This document shows, one piece after another, positions 1-13,653 of a DNA stretch of 64,000 nucleotides. The first letter of the stretch is position 1; the number at the start of each line of letters is the position of its first letter. The position numbers and the translations under genes are program-made. Source of the stretch: Azolla caroliniana (taxonomy: Eukaryota > Plantae > Polypodiophyta); NCBI GenBank assembly GCA_043228905.1, contig JBHGNT010000016.1, forward strand, positions 11,098,001-11,162,000, read 5' to 3'. The notes below the pieces were generated by a model. It had not been told where the DNA came from. It searched no databases and saw nothing but the letters and a program-made list of their open reading frames with translations.

Positions 1-2242
1 CTAATACTACACTACCACTACATACGTACCAAACTACGTTTCGTTTTGTTGCTACAAAAGTCCACCTTTCATTCACACGCAGAAAGTGAGAATTTGTGCT
101 CCTTCAGCTTCACAAGCAAGGTATGGTGTCCCGGGAAAGTGACCTAGAGGTGGAGAATCGAGATTATCTAGCGTCTTTTCTTCTCTTTCTAGCCTCACAA
201 ATAGGCAGTTTTGTTGAAGGATGCCTGAATGTGCCAATCAATATCTTGTTATGCCACATTCTATGTGTTTACCATTTACGCTTTTTAGTTCACTTTGTAG
301 AGCATTCTTGTGTATATTAAAATAACAACATGACAATGCTACAAAACCATGATCTTCCGACCATAATGTCAATCTTATAGCAACTAAAACCCTCGAGTAG
401 TAAAAACGTTTCAACATATCGTAGTTGCAAAAAGTATTGAATCAATGTTCCATTTAGGATTACATATGTGTGCCAGTCCATAGAGCCCATTAAATTAAAG
501 CCTATTTCTAATTCTCAAATTATGGCATAGACCCCAACACCTGAGTAATCAAGCTTTGCCTTGTACGATGTTGGATGAGACAAAACACAATTATCCTAGT
601 TAAGGATGCTAAAAGTTATGGCATAACCACCTAAATGTCTTTAGCAACCAAGCATATAACGAAACTATGCATGACATTATCCAGATTCACTATCTAGAAA
701 AAGACACTTGTCCCATTATAAATGTATCGGTATTTTAAAGCCACCTCAAACTTCATTCCTAGAAGAGAGAGAGAGAGAGTAAGTGTTGAATTATAACCAA
801 TTCTGAACCATTAGATGGTTCTGCACATTCACTACAGCCATCATGAGGCTCTATTCCTCGTTTTACTATGGTAGATATAAACCGTTTCCATAAAATAACA
901 TATTATCTCCTTCTGATTCCTGATATCAAGAGTTCCTACACAATCTCTCATTCACTCCCTCCCCCCGGGGCCCCCATGATTGTAACTAATCTCCTCTATA
1001 TGTTGAAAAGATCCCTCCCTCTCTTCTCTTTCCTAATCCTATCCTCTAGTTATCTTCACCTTTTATGTGATTTGTCCTAGTATTCAATTAATTTGTCCTC
1101 ATATTCAATGATTGGAGCCAATCAATCGAAGGACAAAAGCATTTGACTATGGATAGCATAAAACCATTGGGATACGAAACTTAATGGACTACATCATTTG
1201 AGAATATTCAATGCCTCTTACTATTTCACCAGGTATCGGGACAATTTGCAGTTATCACTTTTCACCTCCAAGGTTCTAATATTCAAAACAACCCCAAGAA
1301 TCACATAAAACCCCCATATTGGATTCTTACAAGCGTGGCTCCAAAAGGAATCTTTTTTTCTCCTTGTATGACAATACATACATTAATGTGGCTTCCACCA
1401 ATACATATGTATATGTTTATGTGGGGATGAGGTAAAGGGACCAATAAAACAAGGTGAAAATGGTAAATACCCTAAACCCTTTTAATATTAACTTGTGCAT
1501 CTCATCATGAATTTCTGATGATGAGAGAAGAGAGAATAATTAACAATGTAAATATGATTACTTGTCGAGGGGTGGTTTCACAAGAAACAAAAAGAACAAA
1601 TAAATACATGATCCAGATTGTTAATACGAAGGGATATTAGGGCTTGTTTATTATTTTCAATCCATGTTATAGTTTTTGTCGAGATTTTAGAGTACTTTCA
1701 TCACGTTTTTGTATTACAATTTTGAAATCATATATATTTGGCCTATTTGTTTGCAAAACAAACCAATTATTACTAGGGTTAGTAGTTAACCACTTGCAAC
1801 TTTGCATCATAATGAAGTTTGAGATGAAAATCGTGTCTACAAAAATCTGGCAAGGATAAAATCTGAATTTCGAAATTTAGAGCTAGAGACATGTAGGGAC
1901 AAACAAGAAGTTTATAAAATGCATTTTGTTGATTTGTTGTAATGTTTATATTGCACAAATATAATTGGCCTAGGTAGATGTTCTACAACCATGAATTTAG
2001 AACAAAGACCTTAACAATATTATATATTTGCGGTAAAGGAATGAAAATAAAGCTTTTTAAATAAAAGAAACACCAAAACTCAAGAATAAAATCAATCCAT
2101 TGTTTTCTCTAGCAAGTAAAGAAGGAAATTAACAACGTCAAAAGGACTACCCATAGTAAGCAACTCTGCCCTTTTGAATCTTAATGAAGAAGGGTTTTTA
2201 AGGAGAAATGTGTGAAGCAAATTCGCCCACGACCAAAAAATG

Positions 2243-2657
2243 AGATAAAAGGAAAGCTTAAGATTTTTTCCATTATCAATCCAATATATGTTAACAATTT
2301 GATCGTACACCATGTTCCACAATTAAGATAAAAGGAAAGCTTAAGATTTTTTCCATTATCAATCCAATATATGTTAACAATTTGATCGTACACCATGTTC
2401 CACAATTAAGATAAAAGGAAACCTTAAGATTTTTTCCATTATCAATCCAATATATGTTAACAATTTGATCGTACACCATGTTCCACAATTAAGATAAAAG
2501 GAAACCTTAAGATTTTTTCCATTATCAATCCAATATATGTTAACAATTTGATCGTACACCATGTTCCACAATTAAGATAAAAGGAAACCTTAAGATTTTT
2601 TCCATTATCAATCCAATATATGTTAACAATTTGATCGTACACCATGTTCCACAATTA
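2243..2657. repeat. 83-bp tandem repeat, 5 near-identical copies
   Basis: Unit AGATAAAAGGAAA(G/C)CTTAAG...GTTCCACAATTA starts at 2243, 2326, 2409, 2492 and 2575. Copies 1-2 carry G and copies 3-5 carry C at the one variable site seen. Confidence 0.97.
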
Positions 2658-5600
2658 ATGGTTGAAAAACATTTTATTATCATCCAAAAGGCAATGCTAA
2701 AACTTGCATGAGAAAAAGAAATGAAAGTGATTATACTTCCTTTGAGGCAAAACAAGCACCAATCCAATTCATGTTTCCAAAGATGGAGTGGAAAAAGGAA
2801 ACATGAATTTTATGCATTATAAACACTTGTGTTGAAAGGGCTAGGCTAGCTAGCTAGGGGTTCAACGTAAGCCACCTGCCATGAAATGGAGTATTATCTG
2901 GACTCAATGTCTCGCCCCATTTTTCATTATACCAATGTATACCAATGGTTGTTGGTGTTCATCCAGTCCCCATCAAGAGAAAATAGAAAATGGAAAATGC
3001 TTGAAAGAAAAACTTTGCCACATGTCCAATTCATCCTATGAAGATAGAAGAAACATCAAAAAGACTTTCATTAAATAACCAATTTTGTTGATGACATCTA
3101 CTATTTCCCCATCAAGAGAGCAAAAATAGTTTTAAATAGGATAAAGAAATACTTTGCTTACCTGGTTTTGATTTGGGTCTTCAATAGGACAAATCCAGTT
3201 GCTTTCTTGTGATTGCAAACTTAAATCTTATTCAATGCTCGCCACCTAAAACAATATTTTCTTTCATGAAGCATGGAGCCATTTAGTACACCACCTACAC
3301 TATACATATTTCAATTGCATTTCTCTACCACACCATTTGATCATGATTTAAGGTTTCCATAAAAAACACTCTCCGTATTTTGAGTATACACACTCCATTT
3401 TAGTGCAAACTATTATCATATATAAAGTACAATCTACACAATCTTAGAGGAGATTTTATGAAGATGCATGGTCATATGGCTATTAGAAAAGATAATATTT
3501 GGTTATTTAAGCCATGGCACAAAGGTATTCTTGCTATATGGGACATACGAAGCATGGGTGTATAGTTGGGAGTTGATTTGTGATTTGGCATACAGTTTTT
3601 AGTATGGTAAGGTACATAAACAAGACATTCTACATGCATTTAAATTTCCTTAATATGAAGGACATTATTCAAGTTCATAAAATCAAAGGTACTCAATATT
3701 GATGCCTTCTATGAATACCTTTGACTTTCAACTTTATTTTTGGTTATAAAGGGATTAATTTCTTTGATGGCAATGCATTATGTAAAGTTTGAATGGGTGC
3801 ACGGATGGTGGCATTCAATGTAAAAAATTGCCATTATCTTGTTAGGTTGAGGTCCAAACAACTTTTTCGTGTGATGAATTGAAATCATCATCACTAAACT
3901 TTTAAATTCCTGGTTCCATATACGTATAGCTAACTAGGTAGAGCTTACTTTTTTCATAATGGTCTTCAAGGCAAAATGCAAACACCTTCAATCTTCAACC
4001 TTCCACTTTAACTTTTTCTTGTTTATGTGAACAATATGTATGTCAACTTGACTAGTTAATGAAATAGGAATACCTCCGTTGATTTTATATGCATCAAACT
4101 ATGATAATCCAAGCAACTCATGTACATTTTTTCCAGTTACGTTAAGTTGGGCTACAAAGGTGAAGAGCTGGCGTACCTCTAATTTGTACATGTAATTGAT
4201 AAATATTCATGATAATTCACAAACAAATTTAAATTGAAACTCAAGTGTCCTTACAATTCAAGGTTTGGAAAATGCACAATGAGGGCCCTTTACATGTATA
4301 TAATGTGAAATAAAAAAGTTGTGGACAATTACTAAAGTGATAAAGAGAGTTTTCTTTTGGTTTACATGAAATGGACAAAATTGAGCTTTTAATCTTGTAA
4401 TGGTGATGTTACCTAATAGTTTTTGTCATCCAAAAAATTGAAGAATTGGAGATGAAGAAGGAAAACACAAAAAAGTGAATATGTTGAAGTTAAACACTCA
4501 TTGCAAAGCTTCAAATGGAGACTTGTTTATGTCGGCTTTAGACAAAGTCCATGAACCTTTTACAAGCTTGGTTAGAAAAGAAACCCATTCACTTTTTATG
4601 GTAGTTTCTCTCAACTCTATTACACTATCTATGAGTGCCTAAATGTTTTGGTACTTGTTACTGGGATCAATTAGTCACCATTATACTAAGTAATGTGTAC
4701 TTCCAAGGTAAAGTTGGACATGTAAGAACATTCTAACATGCAATCAGTGAAAATTTGCATAAGATACCTTATTTTATGCCTCTCTTACTACGGCTAAATT
4801 TGGTTATCAATAGTTAGTCACTCCTATAGTTAAGTTCAATATTGTCTATATATTGACAAAGTTTTGCCTCCACACCAATATCATTGGCTAGGGGTTTAGA
4901 TTGCCATATACACTATAGGTGACGAACTCGGAAAGAGCATTTGCCAATCGCTCTTAAGCCACTAGCCCCATGAACCCTAATCTCATGAAGCCTCATTCTC
5001 TCCTCACCACGACAACCTTACTTAAGAAGGTAACCTAAACCTTAGGTAAGCTAAAATGTAAGTATGGACATACATGAAAACACAAAATTACACCTAGTAA
5101 TCTTAAACACACCACAATGGAGAACAGAAATCACTAACACGTATAGAAGTATGAAAATTAACTTTGTGATGCAAAATACCAACAAACTTGATCCAACACA
5201 GTGGAATCATTATTTTAGATTAACTTTATGAATCTTGGATTGTCCAACAAAATGGATCCTATTTTGGGCGAACTCACTTGTTTAACACTTCATGTAGTTG
5301 GCTAAGGACCTTAAAGACTATTGGGTGGTGCAAGGCTACTAGGATTATTAGGATGGCTAGATGGAATTAGAAAACCAAAATCAACTTTAGAACTTCATGA
5401 AATTGCCATTTAGGTCAATACAGGCAATTTATCTCTTTGTGTGCTTGACCACTACAATATAGACATAATATGGTTTGCTTAACATCAGTGATTTTCAACA
5501 TCATCAATCAAAAGCCCTTGATGATAATGTCATTTGAATAGTAAATTATCATTTCATATCCCTCGACTAATGACCTTTGTTAATGATTTTGGATCTTCAT

Positions 5601-6548
5601 GGAAAGTATGAAGTAAATCGTTCACATCATTACATAGCTCATGACACGATTAATCTATTAATGTGGTCTTAGAAGACGTTAATATATTTTTCTTTTCTTT
5701 CTTTCTCCCGACAGATATTAGATGTAAGTAGGAGAAAACATATTGTATAAGTTGGCACAAGACGATCTCCTTGTCTAACTCTTGCTTGGGTGAGTTATTT
5801 TCTAATAATAGCACAAACTCCACAATTCTCGTACTTATTAACAATGTTCATATCAACCCAACATGAGTACCATGAAATTAACAATATCTATTGGGACGCA
5901 TTTGAATGATAAGGCTTAACTTGTTTACAAATCCTTGAAATTAAGATTGAGTACCATGAAACTTTCTAGAAGGCTATTATGGATAAAATTAATGAGAAGG
6001 AGAGAAAAATAGATTAAGCTTGTTAACCACATCGACCAACCTCATGCAAAGGAAATGACAGAAATGTAAAATACCATTGATGTCCCATTCTAGTCTTGTA
6101 GCTAATGGAAGCAATTTTCCGATTCATGAACTACGGTTTTGGGTCAACTCCTTTTGTGAAGGTCTCACAATTACATCCAAATGTTAACGAATGACTTAAT
6201 ATTTGATAAATGTATTTGGAAATAGTAAATAATTTACTTGATATAATAAATTTAGTAAAAGAAATCCAAAAACAATAACATAATAATCATTTGCATAATT
6301 AATGGTGATTTAATTAAGAAAACATTTCATGTCAATAGTACTCTAAATGTGTGGGATGTTGTTGAATATCAAGTTACTCACTATTGTGTTTTAGAAACCA
6401 TGTGGGTGACATAACATTTAAATGTCTTTCCTTGATCTCATCTTATTGGTGCAAAACGGCTCCTTGAGACTCAACCATTTGTATTCACTATTAAAATAAT
6501 TATGCACTATAACAACAAAAATAAATTAAAATTAACTACGATATGCCC

Positions 6549-7312
6549 TGTCAAAGTTAATATGCGAAAGCTTTGACAAGCTGGTTTATCTGGATAGCAA
6601 ACAGAAAACAGAGAATGAAGGTTTAAGTGAAGCTTAAGAACAAAGAATACATGGGAGAGTCAGAGAGAGTAGAAATCATAAACTCAATTAAAAAATAATA
6701 ACACTCCGTACATACAATGTGCTAAGTGAGCACTTATATACAAGTCCATAAAGGACTTACAGAAGTATTGACAAGTACTTCAATGCTCATATGAGCAACT
6801 GACACTCTGTACATACAATGTGCTAAGTGAGCACTTTTATACAAGTCCATAAAGGACTGACAAGTACTTCAATGCTCATACGAGCAACTGACACTCTGTA
6901 CATACAATGTGCTAAGTGAGCACTTTTATACAAGTCCATAAAGGACTGACAGAAGTATTGACAAGTACTTCAATGCTCATATGAGCAACTGACACTCTGT
7001 ACATACAATGTGCTAAGTGAGCACTTTTATACAAGTCCATAAAGGACTAACAAGTACTTCAATGCTCATACGAGCAACTGACACTCTGTACATACAATGT
7101 GCTAAGTGAGCACTTTTATACAAGTCCATAAAGGACTGACAGAAGTACTGACAAGTACTTCAATGCTCATACGAGCAACTGACACTGACTCCCAAAAATA
7201 TGCCTATGTACTAGGCTAGATTCGTAGGCCTCTAACAGCCTACCGGTTACAATCTGATCTGGCTCTGGCTTGTTCAGCCGATCCAAATCCGGTTGAGCTT
7301 GTCCGCTCAACA
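6549..7312 (-). repeat. 3' LTR of Copia-A, expanded by an internal tandem array
   Basis: Homologous to 10769-11212, adjacent to the PPT, and 380 bp longer in the TATA region. Confidence 0.93.
6701..7181. repeat. 101/89-bp alternating higher-order tandem repeat within the LTR
   Basis: Units start at 6701, 6802, 6891, 6992 and 7081 (101, 89, 101, 89, 101 bp). The other LTR has a single copy (~10920-11020). Confidence 0.93.
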
Positions 7313-7567
7313 CTCCCCCCTCAAGCTCAACTCGAGGTCGGATCGCAGTGTCAGTGTCTATGGTAGCCAATTCTCTCCTCCGGTTCCACCTGGCTCGTGC
7401 TCCTCAACCTTCTCGGTCGGCTTGTCTGCTCATAAGGCCCTCCTTAGCTCCTTCGTTGTTGGCACACTTCGGCGTTTCTCGACCCGTCGGTTCCTCCGTG
7501 TCGGTGTCGACTTCTGCTGTCTTCTCGTTTGTTTGGCCTTCAGTTGATTTGGCTCCTCCGAATCGAA

Positions 7568-10500
7568 CTATTCTTCAGAATCGACTGCCTCTGATTTGTT
7601 CCAGCTCTTGTCCGAATTGACTGTCTCCAACTCATCCTCAATTTTTAGACCTTTTACCACATTGGACCACGTTCGGGTCTTGGCCGTCTTCTTTCGGTGG
7701 GCTCTGTCCTTCTTGACTTTGCCGCCGTCGCCTCTTGTTTTGACTTCATCGGATGTGCCAACTTCTTTGGTCGGCTCGGCTTCCTTTTTCTTCTTCTTGT
7801 CTTCCCTTGCTTCCCCAACTCTTTGTCTGGTTCCATCACATGTTTTCCTAGTTTCCGTTCTGGTTTCCTCCTCCTTTCTCCCCCTCAACTGTGGCATGTC
7901 GAGATGCTTAAGACCAAGCATCTTCGAAAAATGCTGCAACTTGTCGGTTCCTAGGGCCTTGTTGAAGATGTCGACAACTTGCCGATCCGTCCGGACATAC
8001 CGGACTTCACCACTGAGGACCCGCTTGTGCACGAAGTGATAATGCACTTCGATGTGCTTCATTCGAGCATGGAACACAAGGTTCTTGGCTACCTGCATGC
8101 TGCTCATGTTGTCGTAGTAGATCGAGATTGGAGTCGGGACTTCGATCTGGAGGTCTTGCAGCAACCGCCAAAGCCAGATGGCTTCACAAGTGGCAATGGT
8201 AGTGCCCCAATACTCAGCCTCAGTTCTCGAAAGAGCCACAGTCGGCTGCTTTTTGTTGCTCCACGCAACAGCCGCGCTATCTAGAGACAACATGAATCTG
8301 GAAGTGGACCGTCGATCTGACGCTTCTCCAGCCCATTCGGCATTCGTATAACCGACTGACTTTTTGGATATACCGTGCCGGTATAACAATCCTCGGTCCT
8401 TAGTGCAGCTGACATTCCTCAGTATTCGGTTCGCACATTGAAGGTGCTCCATAGTCGGCTTCTGCATGAATTGATTGATCGCTCCAACCAGATATCTAAT
8501 GTCGGGTCGGGTGATCATCAAATATATAAGGCTTCCGACAATTGTTTGGAACCATTTCTCATCATAGGCCAGTCCAGAAACAGGACAAAGCTTTAGGTTC
8601 CGGGTCCAGGGGTGTGGAGACAGGTCGACAATCCGTCATGCCAAACTTGTACAACATATTCAACACATAATGTCACTGAGATAACAATATGTCGTTGGGG
8701 GTATGGATCACTTCGATCCCGGGGAAGTAATGAAGGTCTCCCAGGTCCTTGATTTCGAATGCATCTGACAGTTGGGACTTCACTCGGCCAATTTCAGCAA
8801 GTCTAGGTCCGGTGATGACTAGATCATCTACATATAACAGGATAGATACCAGACCGTCCGAACCTTTTCTGATGAACAACGAAGAGTCTGACTTGGAGGC
8901 CGCAAACCCCATCTTACGCAACAGTGCGTAATCTTCAAATTCCAAGCCCGAGGGGCTTGCTTTAGGCCATAAAGCAACTTCTTGAGTTGGCACACTGCCA
9001 ACTTGTTCATCTCTGACCTGTTCTTCAAGGTTGCCTTGAAGAAATCCATTTTTCACGTGCATTTGGTGAAGATGCCACCCTCGTGCCGTAGCAACCGCTA
9101 GCACCACACGAACCATTGTCATCTTCGCTACCGGAGGAAAGGTCTCGTCATAGTCGATTCCGTGGGTTTGTGCGTATCCTTTGGCCACTAATCGAGCCTT
9201 GTACCAGTTGACCGAACTGTCAGCATTGTACTTTACTTTGTACACCCACTTGCAATCGATCGGTTTGCAATGTCGGTGAGTGTCAACTAGGTCCCAAGTG
9301 TCATTGGCATCAAGTGCCTGCATCTTTTCCTCCATAGCAGCACGCCAATGTGCGTCCTTTGCCGCTCCTGCGTAGCTCTCTAGCTCACGCACTTTCGTCA
9401 TGTACGCATAGTGATGTGCCATGTACACATTATATCCATACCTTTTGATAGGGTTCTTCTGGTGGGTCAATCGGTGTAACTTCGTGTTCGCCGATTGCAA
9501 GGCCCTCTTGGCTGGCTCGAACTCCGTTCTTTCCGGACTCGGATTCGGGCATCTTCTTCTTCCCCTTCTCCTTGCACGTGAACCGTCTCCTCGGTTCCTT
9601 GCGCGGGGAGAGCACGATCGAGTCTCCACTACTCGTCAGCTCTTCGACGGACTAGTCATTCCGACTCAATTGCTCATGTGGCCCACTTAGCCGGAATGAG
9701 ATCAGACTCTCATCTAGAGTATTGAAGTCTTCTTCTTCTTTTGTGCGGATCGTTTTGGGCTCATTGTCCTCATCCTCCGGAATCAGGTCAGAGTCAGACA
9801 TTGGAGTTGGGAGAGAGTACCATGATGCCGACTCATCAAATTCGACATCTCGGCTGACTCAAACTTGTTTTGTTCAAGGGTTATAGCACTTATAACCCTT
9901 TTGCTCATGCGAGCAGCCGACAAGGATGCACTTCTCCGACTTCGGGTCTAGCTTTCTCCACTTCTCATCTGGCACATGCACATATGAAATGCTAGAGAAT
10001 ATCTTAAGGTGCCTTAAATTCGTCTTCTGCCCCAAATATAACTCATGTGCTGACACCTTATCACTGATCTGGTTTTGGATGTAGATGGCCGTTTGAACCG
10101 CTTCGTCCCAGTAGAACTTGGGCATGCTCTTCTCTTCCAGCATTGCCCGTGCCGCCTCCACAATTGACCAGTTCTTCCTTTTGGGCACATCGTTTTGTTC
10201 TGGTCTGTATCAGCAACTGAATTCCCTCCGAATTCTTTTCTGCTGTAGATAATTGTTGAATTGGCCAGAAAATTATTCTTTTCCGCCATCCGACCGCAGG
10301 CACTTGACCTTCCTCTCTATTTCCCATTTTACAAGACTTTGCACGTTCCGGAAACGGACGAAAACTTCACGTTTCCTTTCGATTAGGTAGATCCATGTGT
10401 GCTGGATGTAGTCATCGATGAAGGAGATGAAATATTGGCTCCCGCCAAGACTAATGTTCTATGCCGGTCCCCATACATCCGAATGTATTAGATCGAGGTT

Positions 10501-10750
10501 GTTACGGCTCCGGTTTCTTTCGGTGGCGAACGGAAGCCGGTGTTGCTTCCCGAGCTGGCAGGCTTCACATATTTGGGCCTTCTAGCCACTGAATTTCGGT
10601 AATCCAAAAACAACCTGTTTCGATTGCACGTCTTGAAGCCTCTAGTAATTGACATGGCCGATCTGCTTGTGCCATAGATTGATATCCGATTCGATCTTCT
10701 AACCTTTTGCAAACAAAGCGGTGCCTACGTCGTTGATGTTGAGGATGAAC
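7568..10750 (-). pseudogene. Copia-A pol remnant (GAG-pre-integrase, integrase, RT, RNase H, charged tail)
   Basis: ORF pieces with [43 protein letters not shown] and KHIEVHYHF; many stops and frameshifts. Confidence 0.93.
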
Positions 10751-10768
10751 CCTTGCGCTCTGATACCA

Positions 10769-11212
10769 TGTCAAAGTTAATGTGCGGAAGCTTTGACAAA
10801 CCGGTTTATCTGGATAACAACAAAAAATAGAGAATGAAGGTTTAATGGAACCTTAACAACAGAGAATACACAAGAGAGATAGAGAGAGCAGAATGCATAA
10901 ACTCAATTAAAAAATAATAACACTCTGTACATACAATGTGCTCAATGAGCACTTTTATACAAGCCCATAAAGGACTGACAAAAGTACTGACAAGTACTTC
11001 AATGCTCGTACGAGCAACCAACACTGACTCCTAAAAATGTACCTACGTACTAGGCTAGATTCATAGGCCTGTAACGGCCTATTGGTTCCAATCCGATCCG
11101 GCTCCTAGTTCCAGATACCTTCCTGACACCGATCGGGTTCTTCATTCCGGACTCTGATCCGGCTTTGGCTTGTTCAGTCGATCCTGATCCGGTTGAGGTT
11201 GTCCGCTTAACA
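10769..11212 (-). repeat. 5' LTR of Copia-A
   Basis: Abuts the PBS; TG/CA termini; TSD follows. Confidence 0.93.
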
Positions 11213-11888
11213 TGCCCAAATGAATGTTCTTGGCTCTTCAAATTATATAATAAAAAATTCAAAATTGCACAAAAGCTATATACATATGTGCAACATGTAC
11301 CGTACACAAATATTGATGTGTGTAATTGTCTAAAGTCTCTAGTAATGGTATTAAAATGTTTTTTTTTTTGTAAATCAATTGGTTTCAAACAACATATGCT
11401 AAAATGATAGCACAAATGTGAAATAGCTTAGTAGTTAACACTAGGTCTTTTATTGATAACCATTTCTTGACCAAAAGTAGCAATTGAAGTCTTAAATAGT
11501 ATTGTTACTTTATGAACTCGTTATTTAAGTGGAAGTAGTGTGTCTCCAATATCAATGCCTAAAATTTGTCTACATATGGGGGTTTGTGCATGCAAAATAC
11601 ATGTTTGTGAATTACAACATAAGTAATAACTATGTAATGATTGTCCATGTATTTGTGTAATTAATCATTTTATAATTAACATACAGTTATAGATAGATTA
11701 TTATTAGTTAAGAATGTTAATAAAAAACACAATTAAGGATTGACAACTCTTCCCTCCTGCCATCGATCTCCAACAAAGCCATACCAAGTGTCCCTCTTCC
11801 CCGACTTTAAGTTATGCATAAGATTAGGAATAGGATTAGAAACACACATACACATACACACTCATTCACATACATAGCAATTAAACGA

Positions 11889-12379
11889 TGTTGGCCGGCA
11901 AGGCAAAAAGGGCCGGTTAGAGTCCAGAATGTAAAAGGGGTATTTCGTTAGGAATAGGGAGTTGAAATTAATAATTATTATGAGAATTAATAAGTATTAT
12001 GCTATTTTGAGAAGCGGACGGATGGACCAAGAATCGGTATGTTGATTCGGATCTGGACCGGATCGTTGCCGGTTGCCAGTTGGCACCGGTTTGTAACTCA
12101 GTCGGAGACCTATAAAAGGACCCGACAAGAATGTAATCAACGACGGATAATTAATAGAAGTGATGTTGTTTTGCATATGATTAAGTATCTATCTGATTAC
12201 CGTTATGTGCTTAAGTTAATTCATCTTACGCGTGTATTACGATCATTAACCGTGTGGGTTAGTAATTGATTAAGCCCCGTTCCCTATCAGGGTCCATCCA
12301 TATCTTCCCATACCACCCTTTGGTGAAGTGTTCCATAGGGACACCCTATGTTAGGACTCGAATAGCTGAAGGGATAACA
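11889..12379 (+). repeat. 5' LTR of G1
   Basis: Matches 38730-39238; TATAAAA at 12111. Confidence 0.92.
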
Positions 12380-12431
12380 CAATTTTTGGTGACCACGATT
12401 CCTGTAGTGAGCAGAGAACACCGGGGGATGG

Positions 12432-13229
12432 ATGTCTCGACCGACTAACGACCAAGTCACCGAACGAGGAAGAAGACTTGCCGAAAGACAACAAAGGCGG
12501 GCAGGGCAACCTTCCAGCAAGCGGCCGAGGAGATTCGACAAGATTAGTCTTTTCCTAGAGTGCTTCGGAGGGTCGCAGAAGACGCACTTCAATTCCAAAA
12601 ACAACAATTTTTTGACGAGGGCAGTAGTCTGACGAGCCTGCAAGAGGCAGAAGCCCGACTGTGGATGCTTACCAGAGGCAACGGAGACTCGGAGGCATTC
12701 TCGGCCTTAGAGTTGGAATCGGATAGTGAACAAAGTGTTCACTCGAATTACAAAATCAGCCACGATACTTCAGACGATCCAGAGGATGACAAATCAGACG
12801 GCTCATCAACACCACCCGCGGAGACAGCGGAAAACCGCGTGCCAACACCACCTGCGGAGGAAGCGGAAAACCGCCCGCCAACACCACTTGTAGAGGAAAC
12901 GGAAAACCGCGCACCAACACCACCCGCGAAGACAACGGAAAACTGCGCATTAACACCAACCACAGAGCAAGAACTAAACCACACATCTCCGGTACAACCT
13001 CCCGAAGACTACACCATGCTGTACCCATATCCGAAGTACCGTGATGAACCTTACGCGGAGGCACACATCTATGCGTTCCTACAAACATGGGAAGCGAATC
13101 ATGTATCCCAAAGGCTGACCGAACCGGAAGCCGAACAATAAAAAATTGTTGAATTCGGCATGACATTAGAAGGACCGGTGGCCCTGTGGCCCTGTGGCAC
13201 GCAAAGCACCTACCCGGAAGCTTTGCCAC
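12432..13229 (+). pseudogene. G1 gag, N-terminal part
   Basis: ORFs 12432 and 12560. The reading HLPGSFAT resumes as FEALKTKF after the Tcn-A insertion at 24615. Confidence 0.8.
12806..12965 (+). repeat. 36-bp coding tandem repeat (PTPPAETAENRx, ~4.5 copies) in G1 gag
   Basis: CAACACCACC...GGAAAACCGC units, visible in ORF 12560. Confidence 0.85.
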
Positions 13230-13591
13230 TGTCAGGAACAGTACTAAGACAGAGAAGGACTTAGTACTAAAAGAAGTATTAGTACTAAGAGAGGTGAAGA
13301 ACTCTCGAGAGAAGGAAAGAGTGAGTGAGAGGGAGGGAGAGAGAGATAGAGAGAGAGAGAGAGAGTGATGATAAGAAAAGATATATATTATGTGAAGAAA
13401 ATGTATAGTAGCTAGGAGGCTTAAGACTGGCGTTGAACCGATTTGGTTCGAAATAATGCCTTGTGCCTCCTTTTATAGTGTTCTAAGGAATACTCTTGAA
13501 GTTTCTAGAATGTTCCAGAGAAATCTGGAATATACATCAAATTTCTATAATAAAACATAAATGAAAATAATATTCTACGTATTACAATGTA

Positions 13592-13646
13592 TAATCTAAT
13601 GGTCAAGAGCTCGACCCATGTAGCATAAGGTCATGGGTTCGAGTCT
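13592..13646 (+). promoter_or_regulatory. tRNA-like Pol III A-box/B-box module in the Tcn-A LTR (second copy 24540-24594)
   Basis: TAATCTAATGG...AGGTC-ATG-GGTTCGAGTCT; A-to-B offset 44. Confidence 0.55.
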
Positions 13647-13653
13647 TGCCATA

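Larger units (their letters stand above)
6549..11212 (-). mobile_element. Ty1/copia LTR retrotransposon Copia-A, non-autonomous (gag and protease deleted)
   Basis: TG...CA LTRs at 6549-7312 and 10769-11212; TSD TGCCC (6544-6548 / 11213-11217); tRNA-iMet PBS TGGTATCAGAGC (minus strand, 10757-10768); PPT at ~7313-7324; copia INT-RT-RNaseH order. Confidence 0.95.

Noticed and set aside
2243-2657. CRISPR array, or the repeated 65-76 aa ORFs as genes
   Set aside because: The units are head-to-tail with no unique spacers and no cas genes are present. The ORFs are by-products of the repeat.
1-6548. Host exons or a DNA transposon in the AT-rich left flank
   Set aside because: Only short ORFs without recognisable motifs; no terminal inverted repeats or TSD could be identified by eye.
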